Shown: positions 38,128 through 49,755, numbered from the stretch's first letter. The stretch is DNA of 64,000 nucleotides from Nitrosopumilus sp. (GCA_965207445.1 CBDBLX010000002.1:1783849-1847848), one strand, 5' to 3'. Translations and numbers: made by a program. Notes: generated from the letters alone by a model not told the origin.

Positions 38128-38362
38128 CAAAAAAAGTAAAGTGTACAAAAAGTAATCATACATTATAAATTCTCAATATACAAAAATGTGACGGGTGCAT
38201 CTCTGATTTATCGTGCATGTTGCAAATGCTTTTGTGTTAATTGTGAGTAGTTAAATGAAAATGTGACTTGAGATTTTTACAAAGGGATGTAAATTAAAAA
38301 GCGATGCTCAATTTCACTTGGTCTATTTTTGTTACAAGAATTTAATGTCTATGGATTGAAAC

Positions 38363-40887
38363 GTAAGCGTTCAGGTCTAATTATTGATGATCATAAATAG
38401 GCACGCGTGTTCCGACCACATAGCACATAGCACGATATTAAATACACAGATAACATTTATAAGGAGATATCGCTATTTGTCATTGTCGAACAAAAATGAC
38501 AAATAGAAACATCAACAATGCAATATTGCACAATGGGAATTTAACCATGATACATGCGATCAGATGGGAGGTGCAAGTGTGATGCCTTTAGAGATTGATC
38601 GCATACGTGCCGAAAGAGATGCGGCGTACCGCACGATTGGTGAATTAAACGACAAGGTTGTAGGATTGTCTGATACGATTGGCTATATGAAAGAGAGAGA
38701 TGTTGCATTAAATCAAGACATGGTTCGTTTGCGCAATGATAATGCAAAGTTAAATCAAGAAAAGACAGCAGTTGAGAATTTGTTCAAGAGTGCAATGGAG
38801 GTGGTGGTGGAGACCATATTAGGTCTTGTAGCAAAAATTCAAAACAAAGACGAGTTGGCAGAGAGATTAAAGGTAGAATTATCAGGACTGCAACAAAAAT
38901 TTGCAATAGAATATGGATATAATGGCAGTCCATCCAAATCCAAGCCATATGGTGACAAACGTGCAAAGTTTCAAAAAGAACTTGCAACTCACCTGACCAA
39001 AAAGCGTAACGAGTCTGTGAGCAGCAGTGACACGAACAGTGGGGATGTGACAAGTGAGGATAGCGATCTGTTACAAAAACTGCCAAAAAACCCCGGAGGC
39101 CAACCAGGTCATGTTGGCAAGTCACGTGAGGGCAAGTGCGAGAAGACCATACTTTTTAAAGTTGGATTGAGTGCATGTTGTGGCAGAGCAGACATGATTC
39201 AGGGTTCGTGTGTGCGCAAAAGAGTGTTTGGCCAAGATGTCGATGGAGTATGGCGTACTCTGATGTACGTGTGGTATCATGAAATATGCCCACAATGCGG
39301 TCAAGAATACGTACCTGATACAGATGCCATCAGCGGATCTGCATTTTTGGTAAATGAGCGTGCATTGATAAACATGTACAACAACGGCGGCACTAGTGTA
39401 CGTACTGCACAAGGTTACATCAAAGATAGAGAACACCTGCACATATCGATCGGTGCCATGTCAAACTGCGTCAGTGCAACTGCAAATTTAGTTGATAGTC
39501 GAATTATACACTCGCCAATTGAAAAACCACTTGTAATCGATGAAGATGACTTGCGTATATGTCGGATGCCTATTGAGCCTGCAGGCGGTTGGAAAGTGGG
39601 CAAGGGTGCAGACATTTTAGATGATTATGATGCAGATGACCGTACTAGAGAGAACACGTATGCACAAAGCGAGGCACTACAAACTCGTTACAGTACAGTC
39701 TGGACATCATCTGTCACACAACCCCAAAACGTGCATATCATGGAAGTGGCATCCATGCAGCCATACAGTAAAAGCGACGAGTCACCGCACAAAGTCAAAA
39801 AAGACAACATACAGATGCTAACTGCCAATACAAACAAAACAGAGCATTACAAGGCAGTAGAACACAAGTATACAGCTGAGATGCAGATGTTTCTAGAGTG
39901 GGGCACAAACAGACCAAATGTTCGTGACGGATACCAAGGATACTCTTGGCACAACTTTGATTTTCAACGATGTACAGTACACATATCGCGCAAAGTAGAA
40001 GATGCTGCAATGGACAATGAGTTTGATTCTCCAGAATGCACCAGACACATACTTCTCAGTGAGATATTTGCAGATGCCAAAACAAGTGCAAAATCATTCA
40101 CCGCATATGCCGGGGGCCCAATGCAGAGCGCATGTGACCTAAACATCATAAAAGAAAAAGGATTGGATCAATCCGTACAACAAACAATAGCCCAACTCTT
40201 GGCAAAATATGACAAAGCATCAAACATGATAGAGGACACGGCTGCCACTACACTGAAAAATGCAAGAGAAAATGTATTTACAGGCATCAAATACCCCGGA
40301 GTCCCACTACACAACAATGACACAGAGCATAATGTACGTGATGTCCTTGTGTCCAAAAGCAAAAGAAAAGGACCATTTCCAAACTGGACTGCAGCACGCA
40401 ACTTTGGCAGACTGCAGACATTCTTTAGAACTTGTAGAAAAAACGGAACATCTGCATATGACGCGATCATCAAAATGTCTGCAGATAAGTCTTGGGACAT
40501 CTTCACCTCTGGAATACCTCCGCCGATAATGATAAACACCAAGCAATCTACTGAAGACAGTATACGTCCGTAACTATCAAAGTATGATTGCAAGGAATTC
40601 CACGGTTTCATGCGGACTCTACGTTGCCGCACGACATGTCATAATATGACTAAATAACAAAAATTTATTCATCTCCATGGTCAACTTACCTGCATCATTT
40701 AATCACAACACCTAAAGTTTGACATCATATCAACTGCTAAAACTTACATGGCTCACAATTCGGTTTATCGCACCCATCACCTTACATCTAGACACACTCG
40801 ATTCTGGATTATCCTCTGTGATATCATTAATTGACCCGTGCTGGCGTGCCTGCTTATGATCATCAATAATTAGACCTGAACGCTTAC
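38363..40887 (+). mobile_element. IS66-family insertion sequence (single-ORF, ISBst12-like)
   Basis: TIR GTAAGCGTTCAGGTCTAATTATTGATGATCATAA at both ends; no target duplication seen. Confidence 0.9.
38564..40573 (+). CDS. IS66 transposase (669 aa)
   Basis: Coiled coil, PGGQPGH, Cys cluster, SDES, RDGYQGY, QRCTVH, HNNDTEHNVR. Confidence 0.88.
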   Translation: MGGASVMPLEIDRIRAERDAAYRTIGELNDKVVGLSDTIGYMKERDVALNQDMVRLRNDNAKLNQEKTAVENLFKSAMEVVVETILGLVAKIQNKDELAERLKVELSGLQQKFAIEYGYNGSPSKSKPYGDKRAKFQKELATHLTKKRNESVSSSDTNSGDVTSEDSDLLQKLPKNPGGQPGHVGKSREGKCEKTILFKVGLSACCGRADMIQGSCVRKRVFGQDVDGVWRTLMYVWYHEICPQCGQEYVPDTDAISGSAFLVNERALINMYNNGGTSVRTAQGYIKDREHLHISIGAMSNCVSATANLVDSRIIHSPIEKPLVIDEDDLRICRMPIEPAGGWKVGKGADILDDYDADDRTRENTYAQSEALQTRYSTVWTSSVTQPQNVHIMEVASMQPYSKSDESPHKVKKDNIQMLTANTNKTEHYKAVEHKYTAEMQMFLEWGTNRPNVRDGYQGYSWHNFDFQRCTVHISRKVEDAAMDNEFDSPECTRHILLSEIFADAKTSAKSFTAYAGGPMQSACDLNIIKEKGLDQSVQQTIAQLLAKYDKASNMIEDTAATTLKNARENVFTGIKYPGVPLHNNDTEHNVRDVLVSKSKRKGPFPNWTAARNFGRLQTFFRTCRKNGTSAYDAIIKMSADKSWDIFTSGIPPPIMINTKQSTEDSIRP

Positions 40888-41694
40888 TGTTTATCATATC
40901 ATACTGTATTTATCATATCATACTGTATGAGCAATTATCTCTGAATCAAAAGTGTAAAAATGAGAATAGGGAAGATGTGCCATTTTCATCATGTTAATAA
41001 TCTGCAAAAAATATTATAAATTTTTTAAACTTTGTCATAATATGAACTATAAGAGCATATAATCTTGTCAAATTTTAAAATTACAAGTGTTACTAGAGTG
41101 ATGTTTGAAAGTACAAACACATCTTACAAGATCATATTTCAAGTGGTGCTATATAAAATGATATTTTAGATGATGTTTGTAATATCTTATGAATTACAAT
41201 GCAGATCAGAGATCACGTTTGTTTTTAATGCTAAACATTGATTATCAAAAATGATTATATTTATAATGCTCCAAGTTGCACATATCAAGGCAAATATGAT
41301 TTTGATAAAGAAAAAGATCATAAATTCAAAGTATGATAAGAAACACCAACGCTCATAAAAAAGAAAAGATTGTAAATATGACTCGAATCTTTTTTGTTAA
41401 AAGGATAATCACATGATAGGATCCGTTAATTTGTTTGATAGTTTGGCAAACATGAAAAGACACACGCAGAAATCTTGGGATATGTGTGCCTGAGATATAC
41501 GCAACATAATACACAAAATACTCAATTTGTGTGAGTCTTGCTAGCTAAAATTTTACAATTAACAAAAGATAATAAGGAAATGCAAAGGGAATCGAATCAT
41601 CTTGAATGCAAGTGGTATAGTAATGAGTTTGGTGTACAGAACATACACATTATACGAATACAACATTGCAATTAACAGGCGGAGTTGAGTACAT

Positions 41695-43302
41695 TTGACA
41701 CAAGAGATAAGAGACACAAATGGTACATTCAGAGATCAGATCAGTGCATTTGGCATACATACATCAAACATACACAGAAACCTTTCTGCAAATGATCTAA
41801 TGTATCAGACAGTAAAGCGTAACGAAGGTACCATATGCTCTACAGGTTCCATTGCAGTTAATACAGGCAGGTATACAGGAAGATCTCCAGATGATAGGTT
41901 CATAGTAGACGATGATTTGACGCATAACACAGTAGATTGGGGCAAAATAAACCATAAATTTCCATCAGACAAATTCGATGAGATACTTTCAAGGATGAAG
42001 ACTCATTTAAATAATAAAGAGTTGTTCGTATTTGATGGTTTTGCAGGAGCAGATCCACAACATCGTCTTGCCATTAGAGTAATAAATGATCGAGCATGGC
42101 AAAATCTGTTTAGTAGTTGCATGTTTATACGTCCTACACGAGACGAATTAAAGACACATAATCCAGAGCTGACTATAATGTGCATCAATGACTTTGAGTC
42201 AGACCCACAGAGAGACAGTACACGCTCAAATGTGTTTATTATAATTAATCTATCAAAAAAGATTGTAATAATTGGGGGTACCAAATACGCCGGTGAGATA
42301 AAAAAGTCAGTGTTTGGAGTAATGAACTTTTTGCTACCTGATCGCGGGGTATTTCCAATGCATTGTTCAGCTAACATTGGAAAAAGAGACGGCGATGATA
42401 CTGCGCTATTCTTTGGACTATCAGGAACTGGCAAGACAACACTGTCAGCAGACCCAACTAGGATGCTTATAGGTGATGATGAGCATGGATGGTCAGACAA
42501 TGGCACGTTTAATTTTGAGGGAGGTTGTTATGCAAAATGCATCAATCTCAACAAGAACGCCGAACCAGAGATATGGGATGCAATTAGGCCCGGTGCCGTA
42601 CTTGAGAATGTTGTGCTGACAGATGGAAATGTACCAGACTACAACGACAGTACATTGACTGAGAATACAAGAGCGGCATATCCACTTGATCATATTCCAG
42701 GGGCCAAGATACCAAGTGTCGGCGGCAATCCACGAGTCATATTATTTTTGACTGCAGATGCACTAGGTGTACTACCACCTATCTCAAAACTGACAGCAGA
42801 CGGTGCAATGTACCACTTTATGTCAGGATATACAAGCAAGCTTGCAGGAACAGAACGAGGCATAAAAGAGCCAAAATCAGTATTCTCAGAGTGTTTTGGT
42901 GCACCATTTATGCCAAGGCCAGCACCCATATATGCAAAGATGCTTGGTGAGCGAATTGCAAAACACAAATCAACAGTATATCTGATAAATACGGGGTGGT
43001 CAGGCGGTCCATACGGTATAGGTAGTAGGATTAGTATCAAGTATAGCCGTGCCACGGTGACTGCCGCACTTACAGGAACCATTAACGATACACCATATGT
43101 ACACAATGATCTGTTCAACATAGATGTTCCAACTGCAGTCCAACAAGTACCACACGAGATACTAGATCCACGTAACACATGGGAGTCAAAAGAGTCGTAT
43201 GATGTGACTGCCAAAAAATTGGCTCAGATGTTTGTAGATAACTTTGAAAAGTTTACAGACGTTCCTGAAAATATAATTGCAGCAGGGCCTAAACTCAGTT
43301 AA
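41695..43302 (+). CDS. pckA: Phosphoenolpyruvate carboxykinase (ATP)
   Basis: TGRSPDD, YAGEIKKS, MHCSAN, GLSGTGKTT, LIGDDEHGW, ENTR. Confidence 0.97.
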   Translation: MTQEIRDTNGTFRDQISAFGIHTSNIHRNLSANDLMYQTVKRNEGTICSTGSIAVNTGRYTGRSPDDRFIVDDDLTHNTVDWGKINHKFPSDKFDEILSRMKTHLNNKELFVFDGFAGADPQHRLAIRVINDRAWQNLFSSCMFIRPTRDELKTHNPELTIMCINDFESDPQRDSTRSNVFIIINLSKKIVIIGGTKYAGEIKKSVFGVMNFLLPDRGVFPMHCSANIGKRDGDDTALFFGLSGTGKTTLSADPTRMLIGDDEHGWSDNGTFNFEGGCYAKCINLNKNAEPEIWDAIRPGAVLENVVLTDGNVPDYNDSTLTENTRAAYPLDHIPGAKIPSVGGNPRVILFLTADALGVLPPISKLTADGAMYHFMSGYTSKLAGTERGIKEPKSVFSECFGAPFMPRPAPIYAKMLGERIAKHKSTVYLINTGWSGGPYGIGSRISIKYSRATVTAALTGTINDTPYVHNDLFNIDVPTAVQQVPHEILDPRNTWESKESYDVTAKKLAQMFVDNFEKFTDVPENIIAAGPKLS

Positions 43303-43429
43303 TGCAAATATGTTTGACGTTTTAGTTAGTAGTAGTAGTAGTATCAATACAGTAAGACAGGGTCGTTGTTATGAACTTGATTTGAATGATGTTTGTATAA
43401 TATAAATACACCAATATGTAATTTATATC

Positions 43430-45070
43430 ATGTGCTCAATTGCAGCATGTTTAGGTGCAAATAACGTACAACGTACTGCGCAACTTCTCGAATCCATGAC
43501 GTATCGTGGCTATGACTCTGCAGGTATTGCATGTTTGACACGTGACAAGATAACAATTCAAAAATCATTGGGAACAGACATTGATGCTTTACAAAAGTAT
43601 TTGCCACCTACTAGTGAAGCATCCATTGGTCAGACTCGATGGGCGACTAGAGGAAAAAATGACCTTGTGAATACAAACCCACAAACTGTAAGATGCGATA
43701 CAAAAGGAGAAGTAGCCGTAGTAATGAACGGCATAATTACAGATTATGAAAAATTAAGAGTGAAATTTGAAAATGAATATGGGTGCAAATTTACGTCAGA
43801 TAATGATACTGAATTGGTGGCACATGCAGCCTGCCTAGCAGATAATCTATTTGACTTGGATGGTATGTTAGGTGAAAACAATAGGTATACTGCAATTGTC
43901 TTGCGCAAAGGCATGATAGGCTGTATAAGACATGGCCCATCACTCATTTTGGGCAAGTCAAAAGATGGTACTAGTCTTGCAAGTGATATACATGCACTAG
44001 CCAGTTGTGGCATTAGTGAGATTGCACAGGTACCACACGATTCAATAGTTGACTTGAATACTTTAAATGCATACAACATAAATGATACTTTACCAATACA
44101 ATTGAAATTTGATACAGTGGCATTGCCATCTGAGGTAGACAGTTTTAAAGATTCTGATGAGAATGGTAAAGGAACGCGTACAGAACAAGAATTTATAGAG
44201 GCAATCAAAATTGTAAATGGTCCTATTAATGAGCATTCACAAACCTTGAGTAAAATTTCAAATTCCATATGGTGGACTGGTAGTGGCTCTAGTTATCACA
44301 TGGCTCAATTGGGTGCATATCTGACAGATTCAAAGGCAGTACCTGCTTGTGAGATTCCCTTTGTTGAAAATGTGCCAGATAATTTGACAATGGTTGCAAT
44401 ATCTCAGTCAGGTGAGACAGGTGATGTCTTAAAAGCAATAGAGCACATGAATGGAACAGCACAGGTGTATAGCATATTAAATAATACACACAGTTCTTTG
44501 GCTGCACTCTCCGATGTAATATTGGATATGAAGTGCGGGCCAGAACAAGGAGTAGCAGCTACGAAGAGTCTGGCTGCGACTGCCAGGATTATTTTAGATG
44601 CATTTTATATACATAACAAGTCATTGTCGACTGCATTTAACCCATCAGAGGAAATTATTAAAGCAGTACTAGGCGCAACTGACATCTACTTGCTAGGTAG
44701 TGGCATCGTAAAGATAGCAGCGTCGGAGGGCGCACTCAAATTAAAAGAACTGATCTACAAGCATGCAGAGGCAATGCATGCCGGTGAGTTCAAGCATGGA
44801 CCGCTTGCAGTTCTTGATGAAAAGCATTTGGTAATTATACTTGATACAGATGGTAGACACGCAGATACTGCATCTGAAATAATTGCAAGGGGCGGCCGCG
44901 TGCTTTTGTTATCAAGTAAGCAATTTTACAAGACAGATTATTTTGCCCACGTCGATGGTGATTTTCTAGCCAATGTCTTGTGGTTGCAGTCGTTGGCAAT
45001 ACAGGCCGCAAAATCAGCAGACTTGAATGTGGATAGACCAAGACACCTTGCAAAGTGTGTGACAGTATAG
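43430..45070 (+). CDS. glmS: Divergent glutamine-fructose-6-phosphate amidotransferase
   Basis: N-terminal Cys, YRGYDSAG, QTRWAT, SQSGET, VAATKS, EGALKLKE, GEFKHGP, PRHLAKCVTV. Confidence 0.85.
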   Translation: MCSIAACLGANNVQRTAQLLESMTYRGYDSAGIACLTRDKITIQKSLGTDIDALQKYLPPTSEASIGQTRWATRGKNDLVNTNPQTVRCDTKGEVAVVMNGIITDYEKLRVKFENEYGCKFTSDNDTELVAHAACLADNLFDLDGMLGENNRYTAIVLRKGMIGCIRHGPSLILGKSKDGTSLASDIHALASCGISEIAQVPHDSIVDLNTLNAYNINDTLPIQLKFDTVALPSEVDSFKDSDENGKGTRTEQEFIEAIKIVNGPINEHSQTLSKISNSIWWTGSGSSYHMAQLGAYLTDSKAVPACEIPFVENVPDNLTMVAISQSGETGDVLKAIEHMNGTAQVYSILNNTHSSLAALSDVILDMKCGPEQGVAATKSLAATARIILDAFYIHNKSLSTAFNPSEEIIKAVLGATDIYLLGSGIVKIAASEGALKLKELIYKHAEAMHAGEFKHGPLAVLDEKHLVIILDTDGRHADTASEIIARGGRVLLLSSKQFYKTDYFAHVDGDFLANVLWLQSLAIQAAKSADLNVDRPRHLAKCVTV

Positions 45071-45784
45071 GGTCTTCTGCGTTAATCGTTGGTAACTGAA
45101 ATCTGGCAAGTTCCGTAGGTATTCATGACGTGGTTGAATAAACTTTTTAAAAATTCACAATTTAAAATCTCACATAACGTATAATTCTAGTGAACATTTT
45201 CTCAAAACATGGGTGGGTTGACATCGTTTTCATACATGAACATTAAATATACACGTCATGAGATCCCATTGATGAATAAAAAATGAGATCAAAGAGTGTA
45301 CAACAAAAGATTACTGATTATGAATTTAACCCTGATGGTGTTCAAGATTCAAATGATTTGGGACAAAAACGCCCAAAGTTAGATCGTCTTAAACGATTTA
45401 GAGGGTGGTTTACACTAAAACGTGACCGGACAGTAAGGCTAGCAACATGGATGCAAAAACGTGTCTCATGGAGCAAGGGCGCAGCAAAACGAGGCCAAAA
45501 AGCCATGTGCATATACTGGAAAAACCAGAGACTGCATTAGGATGTACACCCGCAGAAGCAGCAGGAATAACAATACACGGTAATAACAAATGGATTACAC
45601 TCATCGGCAATGCTGGCGTGGCAGCCATGGGGGGAGCAGTGGCCTGAGTCTGCATAACCTTGCCATGTGAATCCAAGTGTCTTGAGCCTGTCATGCAACG
45701 ACGGTGATATTACGGGACGCATCAATGTCGCACAAGCGACAATGGTAGTAAGTGCAAGTTACCAACGATTAACGCAGAATACCC
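45070..45784 (+). mobile_element. Internally deleted IS (IS6-like) with a transposase C-terminal remnant
   Basis: TIR GGGTCTTCTGCGTTAATCGTTGGTAACT / AGTTACCAACGATTAACGCAGAATACCC; ALGCTPAEAAGITIHGNNKWITLIGNA resembles archaeal DDE transposase tails. Confidence 0.75.
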
Positions 45785-45868
45785 CAACGACGGTCTTTAG
45801 ACGGATTGCAGACTTGGCCTATGCCAAGTACATCAGTGAAAGTTTCAGACATATAGACCCTATTAAAA

Positions 45869-48295
45869 TCAAAAATATTTCGCCTGCGGATGGTGTACCA
45901 CGATTGCAGCAGTCGAGTGCTCTGGTATAATTTGCCCTGCATCACTCAATGTCATAATCTCTTTAGGCACATCCAATAAACCCCACACATATTTGTGCTG
46001 ATTTACATCAGGGCATGCCGGGTAGCCCCAACTATATCTCAATGCCTTTTCTACATCCATCGCCTTTACTAAACGCTGATTGGCAATCGCTGCTAGAGAT
46101 TCTGCTGACTGTGTACACAAACCATGTAGATAATACAAGTCTGTATATTTATCAGACTTTTCCATCTTTTCTAATATAACAGAGGCCTTGCAGCCAACTG
46201 ATACGGCTTGCAACCCGACAATATCTTTTGAATCAAAATAGTCTGCAAGACACAAGCCGTTTACACGAGGAAAATCTAATGTATGTCTTTTATCATTTGT
46301 AAATATTTCAAGCCCATTCTCACCTTTACGGCTGCACTCAAACAAGCCGTATATTATGTATGGCTCAAACATATCTTGTTCTTTAACATAGAGTTTCCAT
46401 TTAGCTAAAATGTCTTCATGTAAGATTTTCTGCTCTTTAGTGGAGGCTCTACCCTGTATACCCCATGACAATGTAAACAAGTCCTTAAGGTCAAGATGCT
46501 GCCAGATTTCATCTAATTTAATAGAGGTTTCTGATGTAGTAAAGGACTTTATGTTACGATTTAACGGCCTAGATTTTATCTTTGGCTGTCTTAGGACAGG
46601 TCTTTCTCGTACTTTACGATTTGAGGCTGCTGCCATCTCTTTTTTACGTTTTTCCAAGAGATTTATCTTGGCCTCTTCATCATCCCCACATACAACATTT
46701 ACCACATTGAGTCCGGCGAACATGTCCTTACAGAAAAACATACCAGCATCATATTTTACAGAGTTGTTAATACGGTCAATATATCCACTATTAATTGCAG
46801 CACCCCCATATAATATGGGAATCTGTAAATTGTTTTCTGCGGCATACTCGGCGAACACTTGCATCTGCTTTGATGTACTTACAAGCAATGCAGACAAGCC
46901 TACTGCATCTGCCTTGTGCTCTTTAATTACTTCTACGAACTTTTGCACAGGTACCTGTCTGCCCAAGTCTATTACCTTATATCCGTTGTTTGCTAAAATC
47001 GTCTTTACTAGATTTTTACCAATGTCATGCACATCACCATATACGGTACCTAGCACGATTGTACCTCGTGTACGCGCATCATCGGCCTTTATTAGATATG
47101 TTTCAAGATGTGAAACGGCAGATTTCATACATTCAGCAGATGATAGTACATACGGCAGTATCAATTCACCCTTACCAAACTTGTCACCAACTTCTTTCAT
47201 GGCAGGCAATAAACTTTCACTCAAAACCTTGAGTGCAGCTTCATGTAAGTCTTGTTTGCTATCACCTACTTTTTGTAGTTTTATAGCATCGTCTACTTTG
47301 TGTGTTATACCATTTGGTAAACGATTGGTTATACATTCATATAAAGCCTGAAGTGGGTCTAGGGGTTTTGTTGGAGATATGTTCGTTTTAGATGTTTGAG
47401 TTTTACCTTCAAAATACTCAATACAATCGGCCATAGCATTTTTATGTTGATTAAATAAAAGTGCTTCAGTCAAAGCACGCTCTTTTTTTGGAATATTTGT
47501 ATAAGCAGTCATTTGAGAAATATTTAAGATTGCAGCATCCAACCCCGCTTGTATCATATGATATAAAAATACCGAATTAAGAGTCTTACGTATATTGCCT
47601 AGTCTTGCACTAATGTTACTAATACCACATACTGTATGACATTCAGGAAATTTTTGCTTGATTAATTTTAATCCATTAATAGTCTCTATTGCATTAAGTG
47701 CATCATCTGGTGAACCTGTCATAGGAAACACCAAAGGATCAATTAAAAATTGGTCAGTCCTGCATCCATTAGACACGCCGTATTCATACATTTCTGTAGC
47801 CGCTTTTAGTTTGTCTTGGGCTGTACGGGCCTGACCACCTCCGGCAGAATCTGTCATACACATTGCAATAAATGGCACGCCATAATTTGTTATAACAGGT
47901 AGTAGTTTTTCAAAACGGTTATCAGAACTGTTTAAATTTACAGAATTTATAATTGGGAGTCCGGGGCATGCGCGCACTGCTTCACTAATAACATCTGAAT
48001 CAGTTGAGTCTATAACAAGTGGAGCATTTACCTCTTGACTAAGTTTTTTCACCAAATCTAACATAATGCGACTTTCATCACCGGGCCCATGTTCTATTGA
48101 TTCTACACATACGTCAATGCAATGTGCGCCCTGCTCTGCCTGTCTTCTACCAAGTGCTACAAGCCCATTAATATCCCCCTTTGCAAGTAGTATTTTTGCC
48201 TGTCCTCCAGCAGTTGTATTTAGAGTCTCACCTATTATGAGCGGCGCGGGTGCCTGTCTTATTGATATTGCATCTTGTACACTTGTGATATACAT
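45869..48295 (-). CDS. metH: B12-dependent methionine synthase: pterin-binding, cobalamin-binding and reactivation modules
   Basis: PLIIGE, IDST, IINSVN, GDVHDIGKNLV, GLSALL, RYSWGYPACPD, PEHSTAAIV. Confidence 0.93.
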   Translation of the reverse strand: MYITSVQDAISIRQAPAPLIIGETLNTTAGGQAKILLAKGDINGLVALGRRQAEQGAHCIDVCVESIEHGPGDESRIMLDLVKKLSQEVNAPLVIDSTDSDVISEAVRACPGLPIINSVNLNSSDNRFEKLLPVITNYGVPFIAMCMTDSAGGGQARTAQDKLKAATEMYEYGVSNGCRTDQFLIDPLVFPMTGSPDDALNAIETINGLKLIKQKFPECHTVCGISNISARLGNIRKTLNSVFLYHMIQAGLDAAILNISQMTAYTNIPKKERALTEALLFNQHKNAMADCIEYFEGKTQTSKTNISPTKPLDPLQALYECITNRLPNGITHKVDDAIKLQKVGDSKQDLHEAALKVLSESLLPAMKEVGDKFGKGELILPYVLSSAECMKSAVSHLETYLIKADDARTRGTIVLGTVYGDVHDIGKNLVKTILANNGYKVIDLGRQVPVQKFVEVIKEHKADAVGLSALLVSTSKQMQVFAEYAAENNLQIPILYGGAAINSGYIDRINNSVKYDAGMFFCKDMFAGLNVVNVVCGDDEEAKINLLEKRKKEMAAASNRKVRERPVLRQPKIKSRPLNRNIKSFTTSETSIKLDEIWQHLDLKDLFTLSWGIQGRASTKEQKILHEDILAKWKLYVKEQDMFEPYIIYGLFECSRKGENGLEIFTNDKRHTLDFPRVNGLCLADYFDSKDIVGLQAVSVGCKASVILEKMEKSDKYTDLYYLHGLCTQSAESLAAIANQRLVKAMDVEKALRYSWGYPACPDVNQHKYVWGLLDVPKEIMTLSDAGQIIPEHSTAAIVVHHPQAKYF

Positions 48296-48408
48296 AGATA
48301 TACATGAGTGAATTTATATATAAATTTTACATTTTTTGACTGTTTAATATAAATATATAAATTCTAAAAAAATAAACTTTTATATATAAAACTTGGTTAT
48401 GGGTTCTT

Positions 48409-49347
48409 ATGGATTTACGAGAGAGGTTGACAAAGACACGGCCATTACTCATGGATGGTGCTATGGGGACAGAGCTGGAAAAGTATAACCCCCAGTCATC
48501 AGATTACCCTAATGAACATATGGGTTTTAATGACGGATTATGCATAACACACCCTGAATGGATAAAAGCAGTCCATGAGACGTACATAAATGCAGGTGCA
48601 GAATGTATTACAACAAACACCTTTGGTTCAAGTCGCATCAAATTGGCAGAATATGACTTGGCTGATAAGACACAGACATTAAATGAAAATGCCGTTTTAT
48701 TGACGCGGGATGTAATTGATAATTTTACAGATTCATCTGACAAGCGATATATCTTAGGTAGCATGGGCCCAAGTGGATATGCACCAAGTTTGCCAGATAG
48801 TGCACAAGCCAATGTGTTTACTTTAACAGAGTTGGAAAAATCTTTTATTGAACAAGCATTAGGCCTGTTAAAGGGTGGTGTGGATGGTATTTTATTGGAG
48901 ACAGGGCAAGACACACTTGAATTAAAGTCAATGATAAATGCAATAAGACAATGTAGCAAGGACATACCAATTATTGCATGTATTACATTTGCACAATCCA
49001 ATAGGATGCTTGGAGGCTCACCTGTGCAGTCTGCATATTATACTTTAGCAGGCATGAACATTGATGTATTTGGCATAAATTGTAGCACGGGCCCAGTTGA
49101 AATGACGGATTCAATTACATGGTTAAATGAAAATTCTACTCTGCCACTATGTATTTATCCAAATGCAGGACTGCCTGATATGTCACTTGATAGCCGTGGG
49201 CAGTATTCATTAAATGCTTGTACGTTGGCAGATATGATGCAAACAATTCTGACAAAATACACAAAGATCAAACTTGTAGGTGGATGTTGTGGAACAACGC
49301 CTGAATATATAAAAAATATGCGAGATAAAATTGATACTATAAAATAA
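48409..49347 (+). CDS. Homocysteine S-methyltransferase module of methionine synthase (stand-alone)
   Basis: MDGAMGT, TNTFG, GINCSTGP, YPNAGLP, VGGCCGTTP. Confidence 0.93.
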   Translation: MDLRERLTKTRPLLMDGAMGTELEKYNPQSSDYPNEHMGFNDGLCITHPEWIKAVHETYINAGAECITTNTFGSSRIKLAEYDLADKTQTLNENAVLLTRDVIDNFTDSSDKRYILGSMGPSGYAPSLPDSAQANVFTLTELEKSFIEQALGLLKGGVDGILLETGQDTLELKSMINAIRQCSKDIPIIACITFAQSNRMLGGSPVQSAYYTLAGMNIDVFGINCSTGPVEMTDSITWLNENSTLPLCIYPNAGLPDMSLDSRGQYSLNACTLADMMQTILTKYTKIKLVGGCCGTTPEYIKNMRDKIDTIK

Positions 49348-49528
49348 AAAACTAATATCCAGAGTCGCCTTTGATATGACCACAAACGGTGCATTCGTAC
49401 AGATCAACACCATCCGGGCTTTCACCCTTGTGTTCATATGCTGGCTCACCACATACCACATAGATGTCACCATTTTCCATACTAATTATTTATTTTTTAA
49501 TTATAAAATTCTTTTTGGAAGGTATTTT

Positions 49529-49669
49529 TTAATCTGGTTCAGTCAATTGCCAATGCGTCTTACATCTTGTACACTGCCACATTTCATAACCATCTAGATT
49601 TAACCCACGAAACTCATATCCTTCCATCTTATCCCCACAGTAAACACATAACGTGTCAGGTTTTAACAT
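49529..49669 (-). CDS. Small zinc-ribbon protein
   Basis: MLKPDTLCVYCG...WQCTRCKTHW (two CxxC). Confidence 0.55.
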   Translation of the reverse strand: MLKPDTLCVYCGDKMEGYEFRGLNLDGYEMWQCTRCKTHWQLTEPD

Positions 49670-49755
49670 ACCTATATTAAAAAGAGATATTATATATACA
49701 TTCATTTGCAGTAAAATCTCAATCTTTATATATAATTTCAATTAAAAAATTACAT

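Noticed and set aside
40888..41690. Long AT-rich intergenic stretch, possibly a decayed gene
   Set aside because: No ORF or recognisable motif could be supported by eye
43359..43376. GGGTCGTTG resembling an eroded end of the IS6-like element upstream of glmS
   Set aside because: Match too short to distinguish from chance
45785..45868. Hairpin-rich segment (CTTGGC-CTAT-GCCAAG) as a glmS ribozyme or B12/SAM riboswitch
   Set aside because: Lies 3' of both glmS and metH rather than in a leader, and no consensus motif was recognised; an Rfam scan would settle it
46410..47351. 313-aa plus-strand ORF and similar long antisense ORFs (e.g. 27056-27874, 52202-52849)
   Set aside because: Shadow frames opposite well-supported genes, with no motifs
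45869..49347. Split of MetH into two genes as a novelty
   Set aside because: Two-gene MetH is already known in this archaeal group; only its mobile context is reported
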